A program made the position numbers and the translations under genes. Under the pieces are notes generated by a model. That model made no database searches. It worked only from the letters and a program-made list of their open reading frames with translations, and had not been told where the DNA came from. From positions 180,895 to 244,894 of the forward strand of contig JAGDZO010000010.1 in NCBI GenBank assembly GCA_049115815.1: 64,000 bases of DNA, read 5' to 3'. Positions 17,556-26,919 of this stretch are shown one piece after another. How positions within the stretch are numbered: position 1 is the first letter of the stretch; each line of letters starts with the position of its first letter. This DNA is from Cyclobacteriaceae bacterium (GTDB taxonomy: Bacteria > Bacteroidota > Bacteroidia > Cytophagales > Cyclobacteriaceae).

Positions 17556-19961
17556 TTATTTTCGAATAATTGCTCCAACTTCATTTTCAAACGTTCTAAT
17601 AAGACCATTCATGATTTTGTCTATGACCTTATCAGTGAGTGTTTTTGTTGTGTCCTGAATATAGAAACTTAAAGCGTAAGATTTTTTGCCAGCCTCAAGT
17701 TTTTCTCCCTCGTAGACACTAAACACATTGATGCGATTTAGCAATTTTCTTTCGGATTTGAAAGCTAAATCACGTATCTCCTTGTAAGATACTTTTTTAT
17801 CCAATACCAATGACAAATCTCTGCGGACCTCTGGGTATTTAGAAATCTCCTGGAAGGATTTCTCAACCTTGGTAGCTTTCACAAGGTCGGTCCAATTGAA
17901 TGCCGCGAAAAAGACCTCTTGTTTTATATCAAAATACTTCGTGATCTTATTTTTCACTTTTCCTACATGACCAATTATCTTATTATTTAAGCCTATCTCA
18001 ACGCCAAAATCTAATGATTCATGGTTGGTTGGTGAAACATCATAATTGCTGATGTTAAGAGAATCCAGAAGCGAATAAGTAACACTTAATATGTCATAAA
18101 TGCTAGTTGGTTTAGGCTCATCCAACCAGCTTTCTTCGTTGGTGTTACCCGTTAGATAGACCCCCAATACCGCTTCTTCTTTACGTTCTTCACCTTTCAA
18201 ATGGTAGGTTTTACCAAATTCGAAAAATCGCAAGTTTTTATTCTTACGATTGATATTGTGCCTAACCGACTCCAGCCCTGTGTAGAGCAATGATGTCTTC
18301 ATGTAGCCAAGGTCTTCGCTTGACTTATTCAGTATTTCAATCGCATCACCTCCGAGATTCAAATTCTTATGATAATCAGGATTGGTTAACGAGTTAGTTT
18401 GAATCTCATTGTACCCTTTCCCCGAAAGGAAGTGAGTTAAGCGTTCTTGTATTTTATAACGCTCTTTTTCGTTGAACGAAGAAAGATATCCCGCTGATAG
18501 CGTATTTGACATGGGGATATTATTGAAACCGTAGATCCTGAGAACTTCCTCCACCAAATCAGCTTCTCGGGTCACTTCACTTCGATATGGTGGAACTACG
18601 GCCACAAAATTTTCTCCATCATTGTTTTCACATTTGATATCCAAAAGATCCAGGATTTGAAGGACTCTTTCTTTTGGAATTTCTATACCAATCAAGCGAT
18701 TGAAATTATCAAATGAAGTACATATAGTTAATGGAGCGATAGGCTCAGGATAAATATCAACATACTCAGAAGCCAGATAACCACCTGCATGCTCTAAGAT
18801 CAGGTCAATTGCCATCTGAAGTGCAGGGATCGTCATTTCGGGATCCGCACCTCGCTCATATCTAAAAGAGGCATCCGTACTGATACTATGACGCATAGCC
18901 GTAGCTCGTACCGAGTCTGCCGAGAAATATGCGCTTTCTAAAAAGATACTTGTGCTATTATCTGTGATTCCCGAATGAATCCCACCAAATACCCCAGCTA
19001 TACACATTCCCTTCTCTGCATCACAGATCATCAAGTCTTTGTGAGACAATTTGCGATCTATTTCATCTAGTGTCTTAAAAGCTTCGCCCTCAGGCAAGCA
19101 TTTTACTACGACCTGGTCGCCAGCAATCTTATCTGCATCAAATGCATGCATTGGTTGCCCCAGGCTCATCATGACATAGTTGGTTATATCCACTATGTTG
19201 TTGATAGGGGATAGCCCTACAGCTTTCAAACGAGCTTGCATCCGATCAGGTGATGGTTGTACCTTGATGCCCCTGATAGTAATTCCTGAATACCTTGGAC
19301 AAGCTACTGGATCTTCAACTTTTACCTTTATTGGTTGATCAATTTTGATCTCGTGAGCCTTGGAGCTTGGAATAATAAGGTCTCTATTGTAGTATGCTTT
19401 GAGATCTCTTGCCGTACCTAGATGACCTGTCGCATCACCGCGATTGGGAGTGAGCCCGATCTCAAATACATAGTCTGTTCCGGATGGGTACAGTTCCGAT
19501 ATGGCAGTACCATTTGGCAGATCGGTCTCTAATATCAACAGACCATCGTGGCTAGATCCAAGGCCGATTTCATCTTCAGCACATAGCATTCCTTGAGATG
19601 CCTCACCCCGTATTTTGGCTTTTTTTATTGTAAAGGAGTCACCACTTGATGGATGTATTTCTGTACCTACTGGCGCCACCACTACCTTGATGTCTTTAGT
19701 CACATTTGGTGCACCGCAAACGATATCTAGTAATTCTTCCTTGCCAACATTTACCTTGGTGAGCTTGAGTTTGTCAGCGTTGGGATGTGGCTCGCAGGAA
19801 ACTACTTCTCCAACAATAAGTCCCTTAAGACCTCCTTTGATTTTTTCTATTTCTTCGATTCCTTCGACCTCTAATCCAGTCTGGGTAAGTACATCGCCGA
19901 TTGCTTCAGGTGTCTCATCGATTTGTATATAATCTTTGAGCCAATTGTAGGAGATTTTCAT
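17556..19961 (-). CDS. pheT: Phenylalanine--tRNA ligase beta subunit
   Basis: 801 aa with an N-terminal tRNA-binding domain (KISYNWLKDY...HPNADKL), B3/4 and B5 domains, and a C-terminal FDX-ACB domain. Confidence 0.95.
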   Translation of the reverse strand: MKISYNWLKDYIQIDETPEAIGDVLTQTGLEVEGIEEIEKIKGGLKGLIVGEVVSCEPHPNADKLKLTKVNVGKEELLDIVCGAPNVTKDIKVVVAPVGTEIHPSSGDSFTIKKAKIRGEASQGMLCAEDEIGLGSSHDGLLILETDLPNGTAISELYPSGTDYVFEIGLTPNRGDATGHLGTARDLKAYYNRDLIIPSSKAHEIKIDQPIKVKVEDPVACPRYSGITIRGIKVQPSPDRMQARLKAVGLSPINNIVDITNYVMMSLGQPMHAFDADKIAGDQVVVKCLPEGEAFKTLDEIDRKLSHKDLMICDAEKGMCIAGVFGGIHSGITDNSTSIFLESAYFSADSVRATAMRHSISTDASFRYERGADPEMTIPALQMAIDLILEHAGGYLASEYVDIYPEPIAPLTICTSFDNFNRLIGIEIPKERVLQILDLLDIKCENNDGENFVAVVPPYRSEVTREADLVEEVLRIYGFNNIPMSNTLSAGYLSSFNEKERYKIQERLTHFLSGKGYNEIQTNSLTNPDYHKNLNLGGDAIEILNKSSEDLGYMKTSLLYTGLESVRHNINRKNKNLRFFEFGKTYHLKGEERKEEAVLGVYLTGNTNEESWLDEPKPTSIYDILSVTYSLLDSLNISNYDVSPTNHESLDFGVEIGLNNKIIGHVGKVKNKITKYFDIKQEVFFAAFNWTDLVKATKVEKSFQEISKYPEVRRDLSLVLDKKVSYKEIRDLAFKSERKLLNRINVFSVYEGEKLEAGKKSYALSFYIQDTTKTLTDKVIDKIMNGLIRTFENEVGAIIRK

Positions 19962-19981
19962 CCGTTCAAGTAAGAATTTTT

Positions 19982-20037
19982 AAGCGCTGGGGCGCTTGAG
20001 TGACATCAATAGTGTAAATGGATACTTTCCATTTACA
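19982..20037 (-). other. Two stem-loops in the spacer between the DUF1684 gene and pheT
   Basis: AAGCGC-tggg-GCGCTT at 19982-19997 and TGTAAATGGA-tactt-TCCATTTACA at 20013-20037 (perfect 10 bp). Neither is followed by a U-run on the minus strand. Confidence 0.45.
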
Positions 20038-20080
20038 TAGCCTACAAAAATAAGAAAGGCCAGCACAATGCCCTACCAAA

Positions 20081-20692
20081 TCAATAGTTATAATCCTTCT
20101 CTCCGGCCATTATCGACACGGGGAGTAAATTTTCCGTAGGAGGTAGAGGACATGTATATTTCGATGTATACGCGCAGTAGGGATTGTAGGCCAAATTGAA
20201 GTCAATGATAATATTGTCTGACTTCCCGATTTCCAAATCGAGATACCTACCTGCGCCATAGGTCTCAGTACCACTGGTTTTATCAGCGAATGCCGTGAAA
20301 TAGGTATTTGGCAAAACACCAAAACCTGTAGGTTTTAAAATGAGAAGTTTAAGTGGTTGATCATCAAGTGAGAATTTGGCGTACGCAAATTTCAGATAAG
20401 TTGCTTTGGTTCCATCACTATTGGATATTTGTACGCGAGAAGGTGTGCCTATTCGCTCAAGGTTTGCTCGAACTTTGTATTCTTCATTGATGGGATAAAA
20501 GGACAAAGGTCCATATTTCATATCGTGCTGTATGAAAGGAGATTGATCCGAAGATTTCAAAAACCGGATTCTTTCCGCCCTAATGTCAGCTACTTTGTTG
20601 ATGTAGTTTTGATCTCTTGAGTCATTGTTGAGCGTGTATCCAATAATAGCTAAGAGAGAGACTGGAACGATAATAAAAAGTAGTTTGCGCAT
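20081..20692 (-). CDS. DUF1684 domain protein
   Basis: 203 aa with an N-terminal TM/signal segment and the characteristic C-terminal AYNPYCAY...CPLPPTENLLPVSIMAGEKDY. Its ATG shares one nt with the radC stop (TAATG). Confidence 0.75.
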   Translation of the reverse strand: MRKLLFIIVPVSLLAIIGYTLNNDSRDQNYINKVADIRAERIRFLKSSDQSPFIQHDMKYGPLSFYPINEEYKVRANLERIGTPSRVQISNSDGTKATYLKFAYAKFSLDDQPLKLLILKPTGFGVLPNTYFTAFADKTSGTETYGAGRYLDLEIGKSDNIIIDFNLAYNPYCAYTSKYTCPLPPTENLLPVSIMAGEKDYNY

Positions 20693-21390
20693 TATGGCAT
20701 TAAGGATTCGTCTGAAAAGCTAAAGTACGAGTGATCCGTGAAAATAATATGATCAAGCACAGTGATATCTAACATTTCACCGGCAGATTTCAATTTTTTA
20801 GTCAATCGAATATCTGCCTCACTTGGTTTGAGATTTCCGGAGGGGTGATTATGTGCTAGGATTACTCCTGAGGCATTGTGGTCGAGTGCTGTTTTGAAAA
20901 TAATTTTGGGGTCAGCCACTGTGCCAGAGATACCTCCTTTGCTTACTTGATGTTTGGTAATGATCTCGTTGTTTCGTTTCAGTAAGAGTATCCAAAACTC
21001 TTCGTGCTGCATGTCTACCATGTCGGATTTTAGATAATCAACAGCGTCATTAGAGCAAGTGACTTTAGGTTTTTTGATGGGATCGGCTTCTTTTCTGCGC
21101 CTCCCTAGCTCCAAAGCACTGATAATAGTGATGGCTTTGGCAGGCCCAATACCTTTTACTTTGACCAAATCATGGATGGAGAGCTTGGCTAGTTGATGCA
21201 GATCATTAGATGCGAGTGAAAGAATGTTTTTGGCAAGATCTACTGCGCTTAAAGTCTTGGTCCCCGAACCAAGTAATATTCCTATCAACTCGGCATCAGA
21301 GAGTGCCGATTTTCCTTTTAATAGGAGTTTTTCTCTTGGACGATCCTCTTCTGCCCATTGAGTGATAGATAGATACGAATGACTTTCCAT
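20692..21390 (-). CDS. radC: RadC-like JAB/MPN domain protein (UPF0758)
   Basis: The track ORF starts at 21441. I prefer the ATG at 21390 (MESHSYLSITQWAEEDRPREK). It has a helix-hairpin-helix region (VKGIGPAKA) and the JAMM motif HNHPSG. Confidence 0.85.
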   Translation of the reverse strand: MESHSYLSITQWAEEDRPREKLLLKGKSALSDAELIGILLGSGTKTLSAVDLAKNILSLASNDLHQLAKLSIHDLVKVKGIGPAKAITIISALELGRRRKEADPIKKPKVTCSNDAVDYLKSDMVDMQHEEFWILLLKRNNEIITKHQVSKGGISGTVADPKIIFKTALDHNASGVILAHNHPSGNLKPSEADIRLTKKLKSAGEMLDITVLDHIIFTDHSYFSFSDESLMP

Positions 21391-21477
21391 TACCTGTGAG
21401 TTTGATTTCGTCAAGGTAATAAAAAAACCCTGTTTGATCAATCAAACAGGGTTTGCAATATGAATAAGTCACTACTC

Positions 21478-21729
21478 TTATAGAGCTTGTACCTTTTTTG
21501 TCAATTTTGATTTCAAGTTAGCAGCTTTGTTGTCATGGATGATGTTGTTTTTAGCAAGTTTATCCACCATGCTCACCACTTCCACCAATAGCTTCTCAGC
21601 TTCAGCTTTATCTTCTGTGTCTCTCAACTTTTTGATAAAAGTTCTTGTAGTCTTGTGCTGATAACGATTCTTAAGTCTTTTTGACTCGTTAGATCGAATT
21701 CTCTTTAATGCTGATTTATGATTTGCCAT
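21478..21729 (-). CDS. rpsT: 30S ribosomal protein S20
   Basis: The track ORF starts at 21801. The true start is very likely the ATG at 21729 ([22 protein letters not shown]), giving 83 aa. Confidence 0.92.
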   Translation of the reverse strand: MANHKSALKRIRSNESKRLKNRYQHKTTRTFIKKLRDTEDKAEAEKLLVEVVSMVDKLAKNNIIHDNKAANLKSKLTKKVQAL

Positions 21730-21765
21730 AAGCTTTAATATTCTCCTAGCCTTGTTTAAGGGTTG

Positions 21766-21796
21766 CAAAGATAGAGTAAATGAGAAAAAAAACAAA
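21766..21796 (-). promoter_or_regulatory. Bacteroidota-type promoter for rpsT
   Basis: On the minus strand: TTTG, a 19-nt spacer, then TATCTTTG (TAnnTTTG -7 box). The -7 box lies about 36 nt upstream of the ATG at 21729. Confidence 0.45.
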
Positions 21797-21857
21797 TACA
21801 ACTCTTATAGTTGTGATAATTATTTCAAATTAGAAATTGATTAATTTTCTCTTGAAT

Positions 21858-22820
21858 ATGAACCCACGAAAGATACTCATCTTAATTGTCACTACCGCTC
21901 CGCTATTTATGGGCTGGGGTTTCTTTTCACATCAGAAAATCAATCGTATTGCGACCTTTGTTTTACCCATCGAGATGATTGGTTTTTACAAACATCATAT
22001 AGGGTACATCACCGAGAAGGCTATCAATCCAGATAAGCGAAGATATATCATTAAGGAAGAAGCGGCTCGTCATTACATAGATCTCGACGTTTATGGAGAC
22101 AGTGCGCTACAAAAGATGCCTCGATACTGGAATGATGCGGTAGCACTCCATACCGAAGATACCCTCAAGGCGTACGGTATAGTGCCATGGCATATTAATT
22201 TGGTGAAGTATCAGCTGACTCAGGCTTTTCTAAATCGAGATGTAGATAGAATATTGAGATATTCAGTGGACATAGGCCATTACATAGGTGATGCTCACGT
22301 GCCTTTACATACTACAGAAAACTACAACGGTCAATTGACCAGTCAAGTAGGAATTCATGGTTTTTGGGAATCCCGTTTACCCGAAATATTTTTTGATTAC
22401 TTCGATTTATTCACCGGCAAAGCTGAGTATATCAAAAACACTCAATTGGAAGCCTGGAAGGCCGTAGAAAGTGCGCACCATGCTTTGGATTCTGTCTTAC
22501 AGTTTGAGCGTGAACTTACGCTGCGCTATTCTGACGATAAGAAATACAGCTATGAGGAGCGGGGTGCTAGCACTGTGAGGGTTTATTCATACGAGTTCTC
22601 CAGGGACTACCATACCATGCTAGATGGAATGGTAGAACGACAAATGCGGGCGGCTATTAAGATGACTGGAGATTTCTGGTTCACGGCTTGGGTAGATGGT
22701 GGCCAGCCTGACCTGGATGCGTTATTATCTAAGGCAATAGAGCCTGAGGATGAAGAAATATCTGAGAAGGAAGAGGTGAAAGTGAGAAATCATGAAAGCG
22801 GTGAAGCGATAGGATATTGA
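21858..22820 (+). CDS. Zinc-dependent phospholipase C / S1-P1 nuclease superfamily protein
   Basis: The ATG at 21858 is preferred over the TTG at 21837. It has a signal/TM segment, then GWGFFSHQKI, HYIDLD and HYIGDAHVPLHTTENYNG metal-ligand-like motifs. Confidence 0.5.
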   Translation: MNPRKILILIVTTAPLFMGWGFFSHQKINRIATFVLPIEMIGFYKHHIGYITEKAINPDKRRYIIKEEAARHYIDLDVYGDSALQKMPRYWNDAVALHTEDTLKAYGIVPWHINLVKYQLTQAFLNRDVDRILRYSVDIGHYIGDAHVPLHTTENYNGQLTSQVGIHGFWESRLPEIFFDYFDLFTGKAEYIKNTQLEAWKAVESAHHALDSVLQFERELTLRYSDDKKYSYEERGASTVRVYSYEFSRDYHTMLDGMVERQMRAAIKMTGDFWFTAWVDGGQPDLDALLSKAIEPEDEEISEKEEVKVRNHESGEAIGY

Positions 22821-22942
22821 TATTATTCTAATTGAAATCTTATAATTCCCGATCATTCGTAAAAAGCACTTGTTGACGAATGTGAAATTGAATAAATCAT
22901 AATTCTTAAGCAACTTCCAAAAGCACTAGATATTTATTGGAT

Positions 22943-23413
22943 ATGTATTGGAAGTCTTTATTCATTATTTCAATTCTTGGTTTCTCTTCTACCTCTTATT
23001 CGCAGATCATTGTAAATGAAGGCGATGTAGCACCCAAAACCGTAGTAAGGTTTTATGGTGAGTATTCGGGTAGTACCATGGTACAATGGAAAAAAATACT
23101 GGGTAGCGAGTCTATGGGATATTTCGTCACCTTTATACACAATGCCAACGAGATGCAGGCTTGGCTGGATACTAAAGGGAATGTGGTGAAGGAGTCCGCT
23201 GAGGGAAAGAACGTCACCGAGCCATTGCAGCAATTCCTAGATACAAAATATGGAAGCTATAAGGTGAAAAGCATGAAATATCACAACGACAGGCTGTCCG
23301 GAGAGGCTTCCTATTACTTGACTTTGAAGACAAAGGCACATGGTGAGTTTGTCCTTAATCTAGATGAAGATTTTTTGGCTTCTGATAATGAGACCGTAGT
23401 GGCTTACGAATAA
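22943..23413 (+). CDS. Small secreted hypothetical protein
   Basis: About 156 aa from the ATG at 22943, with an N-terminal signal-like segment (YWKSLFIISILGFSSTSYSQ). No motif was recognised. Confidence 0.5.
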   Translation: MYWKSLFIISILGFSSTSYSQIIVNEGDVAPKTVVRFYGEYSGSTMVQWKKILGSESMGYFVTFIHNANEMQAWLDTKGNVVKESAEGKNVTEPLQQFLDTKYGSYKVKSMKYHNDRLSGEASYYLTLKTKAHGEFVLNLDEDFLASDNETVVAYE

Positions 23414-23484
23414 TATCAGTCATTGATCTGATTTATAACGCTACTTTGAAGCAATGCTATTTCTGGACTGAACAACACCAAATG

Positions 23485-23523
23485 AAAAAAGCCTGCTCTT
23501 TAGAAAAAGAGCAGGCTTTTTTT
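23485..23523. terminator. Bidirectional intrinsic terminator
   Basis: A perfect 12-bp stem AGCCTGCTCTTT-agaa-AAAGAGCAGGCT, flanked by an A-run on the left and a T-run on the right. It sits between the convergent 22943-23413 gene and tsf. Confidence 0.85.
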
Positions 23524-23542
23524 GTGAATAGTCAGTCAGAAA

Positions 23543-24373
23543 TCAACCTATTGAGATTCTCTTGAAATCAGCAACAGTCAAACCTTTACTTACACTATCC
23601 AAGTATTGTTGGATAGACATTGAGTTGTCTTTAACAAAAGACTGACTCAATAGAGTATTCTCTTTGAAGAATTTCTGAAGTTTTCCTTGTGCAATTTTCT
23701 CAAGGATTTGCTCAGGCTTACCTTCTTGACGAGCTTGCTCTTTTCCTATCTCAATTTCTTTTTCGATAACCGCAGAGTCAACACCATCTTTGTCAACAGC
23801 CACAGGATTCATAGCAGCGATTTGCATAGCCACATCTTTGCCAGCTTCTTCTACGTCAGCGCGATTCACATTTTTCAATACCACCATTACAGCCAATTTG
23901 CCATTAGAGTGGATGTATGGCACAACTGCCTCACCTTCTAGATTTTCATAGAATGAGATAGTAATCTTCTCACCAATTTTACCAGTGGTTTCAGTGATTT
24001 TCTCACCTAATGTAATATCCCCTACGCTAAGTGCTAGCAATGCGTCAGTGTCTGCAGGATTGTTTTCAAACGCCAAGTCAGCTGCTTTGTTAGCCAATGC
24101 TACAAAGTCATCATTTTTAGCAACGAAATCAGTTTCGCAAGTCAATGCAATGGCAACACCTTTAGATCCTTCTGAGTTGGTTCTAGTGACCACTACACCT
24201 TCAGTAGTTTCTCTGTCCGCTCTGTTTGCAGATACTTTTTGACCTTTCTTTCTTAGAAGTTCGATCGCTTTATCAAAATCACCATCAGCCTCGACAAGGG
24301 CTTTTTTGCAGTCCATCATACCTGCACCGGTCATTTGTCTTAGTTTGTTTACGTCTTTTGCAGTTATTGCCAT
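23543..24373 (-). CDS. tsf: Elongation factor Ts
   Basis: 276 aa with N-terminal AITAKDVNKLRQMTGAGMMDCKKAL. Confidence 0.97.
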   Translation of the reverse strand: MAITAKDVNKLRQMTGAGMMDCKKALVEADGDFDKAIELLRKKGQKVSANRADRETTEGVVVTRTNSEGSKGVAIALTCETDFVAKNDDFVALANKAADLAFENNPADTDALLALSVGDITLGEKITETTGKIGEKITISFYENLEGEAVVPYIHSNGKLAVMVVLKNVNRADVEEAGKDVAMQIAAMNPVAVDKDGVDSAVIEKEIEIGKEQARQEGKPEQILEKIAQGKLQKFFKENTLLSQSFVKDNSMSIQQYLDSVSKGLTVADFKRISIG

Positions 24374-24410
24374 GTTAATTTTATTTTTTAGTATTCAGCA
24401 ACGCTTATTA

Positions 24411-24451
24411 ACAAAAATTGAACACCGTCCATAGATAGGAGCAGTGTTCAA
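24411..24451 (-). terminator. Stem-loop plus U-run between rpsB and tsf (attenuator-like partial terminator)
   Basis: On the minus strand: a 10-bp stem (UUGAACACUG / CGGUGUUCAA, one G-U pair) followed by UUUUUG. It lies in the 103-nt rpsB-tsf spacer. Confidence 0.55.
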
Positions 24452-24476
24452 TATTTACTTCAATTCATTAAAAATT

Positions 24477-25235
24477 TTATGCCTCTTGTTCGTCAGCTTT
24501 TTTCTTAGCTGCTTCTTCTTCCTGCGCTTTGGCATCATCCTTATCTTTCTTGCGCTCAGCAAGTCCTTCCTCTAGAGCCGCCGCGATATGGTTAGTAATC
24601 AAGTTGATTGCTTTCCATGCATCGTCGTTTCCAGGGATTGGATAATCAACTTGCGTAGGATCAGAGTTGGTATCTACAAGTGCGAATACCGGGATGTTTA
24701 GTTTTTGTGCTTCAGCTACCGCGATGTGCTCTCTTTTGATATCAATCACGAATAGGGCCGCCGGCAGTCTATTAAGATCAGCTATACCACCAAGAACTCT
24801 CTCTAATTTCTCCTTTTCACGAGTAATCATCAAACGCTCTCTCTTCGCTAGGTTCAAGTAAGCCTCGTCTTTCATCAATTTGTCAATTGATGACATTTTC
24901 TTTAGTGACTTACGAATCGTTGCAAAGTTTGTAAGCATACCACCCAACCATCTTTCGGTTACGTATGGCATAGATAGTTTCTGCGCTACAGTCTCTACTA
25001 CTTCTTTCGCTTGCTTCTTAGTAGCAACGAACATTACTTTTCTACCAGATCTTACTACAGCCTGAAGCGCTTGCGCTGCAGTATCCATAGAAGAGATAGT
25101 TTTATTTAGATCTATGATGTGGATACCATTCTTCTCCATGAAGATATATGGCGCCATCTGTGGATTCCACTTACGTGTAAGGTGACCAAAATGTACACCA
25201 GCATCCAATAATTCTTTGTAATCGAGCTTTTTCAT
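24477..25235 (-). CDS. rpsB: 30S ribosomal protein S2
   Basis: 252 aa with LLDAGVHFGHLTRKWNPQM and an acidic/Lys-rich C-terminal tail. Confidence 0.97.
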   Translation of the reverse strand: MKKLDYKELLDAGVHFGHLTRKWNPQMAPYIFMEKNGIHIIDLNKTISSMDTAAQALQAVVRSGRKVMFVATKKQAKEVVETVAQKLSMPYVTERWLGGMLTNFATIRKSLKKMSSIDKLMKDEAYLNLAKRERLMITREKEKLERVLGGIADLNRLPAALFVIDIKREHIAVAEAQKLNIPVFALVDTNSDPTQVDYPIPGNDDAWKAINLITNHIAAALEEGLAERKKDKDDAKAQEEEAAKKKADEQEA

Positions 25236-25244
25236 TGTGATATC

Positions 25245-25631
25245 TTAACGTTTACTGAACTGGAATCTTCTTCTTGCTTTTCTTCTTCCGAATTTCTTAC
25301 GCTCGACCATTCTCGGGTCTCTCGTAATAAATCCTTCTTTTCTCAAAGGAGACTTATTCTCAGGGTCGATCTCAGCAAGAGCTCGAGCAATCGCGTGACG
25401 AACAGCTTCGGCTTGACCTGAAGGGCCACCACCTTTTACGTTCACACTGATATCAAAATTGCCATCCAATTCCAGCTTCACTAGAGGCTGCTTGACGATG
25501 GTCTGTAAAATTTCAGAAGGAAAGTATGTGGCAACATCCTTATCATTGATAGTGATTTTACCTTTCCCTCCCTGTAGGTATACCCTAGCTACAGAGGTTT
25601 TTCTTCTTCCAATGGTGTTAGTGATTTCCAT
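25245..25631 (-). CDS. rpsI: 30S ribosomal protein S9
   Basis: 128 aa with [10 protein letters not shown] and the C-terminal [11 protein letters not shown]. Confidence 0.97.
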   Translation of the reverse strand: MEITNTIGRRKTSVARVYLQGGKGKITINDKDVATYFPSEILQTIVKQPLVKLELDGNFDISVNVKGGGPSGQAEAVRHAIARALAEIDPENKSPLRKEGFITRDPRMVERKKFGRRKARRRFQFSKR

Positions 25632-25639
25632 TTAGGTTT

Positions 25640-26083
25640 TTAAATTTTTACTTCTTTTGGTTGTTGTGCCTCGTGAGGATGCTCTGCACCTTCATAGACG
25701 TATAAGTTTGTGAAAAGCTTACTCCCAAGTCTATTCTTTGGTAGCATACCTCTCACAGCTCTTTCTACTAGTAGTCGCGAAGTTTTCGCTTTCGCTTCTA
25801 ATGGAGTCTGAAATCTCTGACCTCCAGGATATCCTGTGTGTCTTACATATTGCTTATCAGTCCATTTCTTTCCTGTAAGTCTCACCTTATCAGCATTTAT
25901 CACAATGACATTATCACCACAATCCACATGTGGAGTGTAGCTAGCTTTATGCTTACCTCTGATGATTTTTGCTACTTCGCTAGACATTCTTCCCAACACT
26001 TGAGAATCTGCGTCAATGATGACCCAGTTCTTTTCAGCTGTACCACTGTTTAACGATACCGTTTTATAGCTTAAAGTATCCAA
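25640..26083 (-). CDS. rplM: 50S ribosomal protein L13
   Basis: 147 aa with WVIIDADSQVLGRMSSEVAKIIRGKHK. Confidence 0.97.
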   Translation of the reverse strand: MDTLSYKTVSLNSGTAEKNWVIIDADSQVLGRMSSEVAKIIRGKHKASYTPHVDCGDNVIVINADKVRLTGKKWTDKQYVRHTGYPGGQRFQTPLEAKAKTSRLLVERAVRGMLPKNRLGSKLFTNLYVYEGAEHPHEAQQPKEVKI

Positions 26084-26133
26084 TTTTTTATTCGTTTAAA
26101 TGAGCTTAAGGGTTCTCCCCTCGAAAAGGGACA

Positions 26134-26165
26134 CAAAAATAGAAGTTTAATTTTTGAAAAACAAA
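26134..26165 (-). promoter_or_regulatory. Bacteroidota-type promoter for rplM-rpsI-rpsB-tsf
   Basis: On the minus strand: TTTG, a 20-nt spacer, then TATTTTTG. The -7 box lies about 50 nt upstream of the rplM ATG. Confidence 0.45.
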
Positions 26166-26184
26166 AGAAGCTTGCGAATTAAAA

Positions 26185-26919
26185 TTATACGTATCTACGC
26201 AGCTGCTTGAGTAGTACCTGAAAGTCCTTAGGGTATGGTGCTTCCACTTCAATTACATCTTCTTCTGTCCCGTTGTAGTCATAGAAGGCAATATTATAAG
26301 CGTGAAGGGCCACTCTTGGAAGAATTGGTCGCTCTTCTTCTGCACCTTTAGATAGATTGTATTTTTTCTTGAGTTGCGACAGATAAATAAATTCACCTCC
26401 ATATACTGGGTCACAAGCGATGGGAGCTTGATGGTGAGCCATATGAACTCTGATCTGATGTAGTCTGCCTGAGACAGGAAAACACTTTGCCAAAGTGTGA
26501 TACTTGAAAGTCTCCAAGGTACTTATCAAGGTCAACGATGGTTTGCCGGATCTGAAATCAACCCGCGATTTCATATTTGATGAGTAGATAGGCTGATCGG
26601 CGCTCAGATCTTTGAATTCATGAATTCCATTCAGTACTGTGTGATATACTTTCTTCACCTGCCTTTTCTCGAGCATAATGGCAAAATGCCGATAGGCTTC
26701 GTTATGCTTCGCTATCACTAATGCGCCTGAGGTCTCTTTATCCAATCGGTGGCATACTTGAGCATCTTCAAATTCATTTTTGGCCAATTGAAGAATGTTA
26801 ATAGGATCATTTCGATCCTCTAAAGTGGAGATATAAGGAGGCTTGTTGATCACCCAATAATGATCGTTTTCAAAAATGATGAGATCCTTGAGTGTAATTC
26901 TTCTTAGACTTTTATGCAT
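26185..26919 (-). CDS. RluA-family pseudouridine synthase
   Basis: 244 aa with the catalytic motif HRLDKETSGALV, plus HQIRVH. Its start overlaps the upstream histidine kinase stop by 8 nt. Confidence 0.85.
   Translation of the reverse strand: MHKSLRRITLKDLIIFENDHYWVINKPPYISTLEDRNDPINILQLAKNEFEDAQVCHRLDKETSGALVIAKHNEAYRHFAIMLEKRQVKKVYHTVLNGIHEFKDLSADQPIYSSNMKSRVDFRSGKPSLTLISTLETFKYHTLAKCFPVSGRLHQIRVHMAHHQAPIACDPVYGGEFIYLSQLKKKYNLSKGAEEERPILPRVALHAYNIAFYDYNGTEEDVIEVEAPYPKDFQVLLKQLRRYV

Noticed and set aside
21391-21441. N-terminal extensions given by the ORF track for radC (to 21441), rpsT (to 21801), the receiver (to 51435), DUF2461 (from 13835), the carboxyltransferase (from 56069) and DivIVA (from 60211).
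   Set aside because: In each case a downstream ATG yields the family-typical N-terminus, and the extension is hydrophobic or low-complexity sequence. For rpsT the extension would also overlap the predicted promoter. The trimmed coordinates are reported instead.
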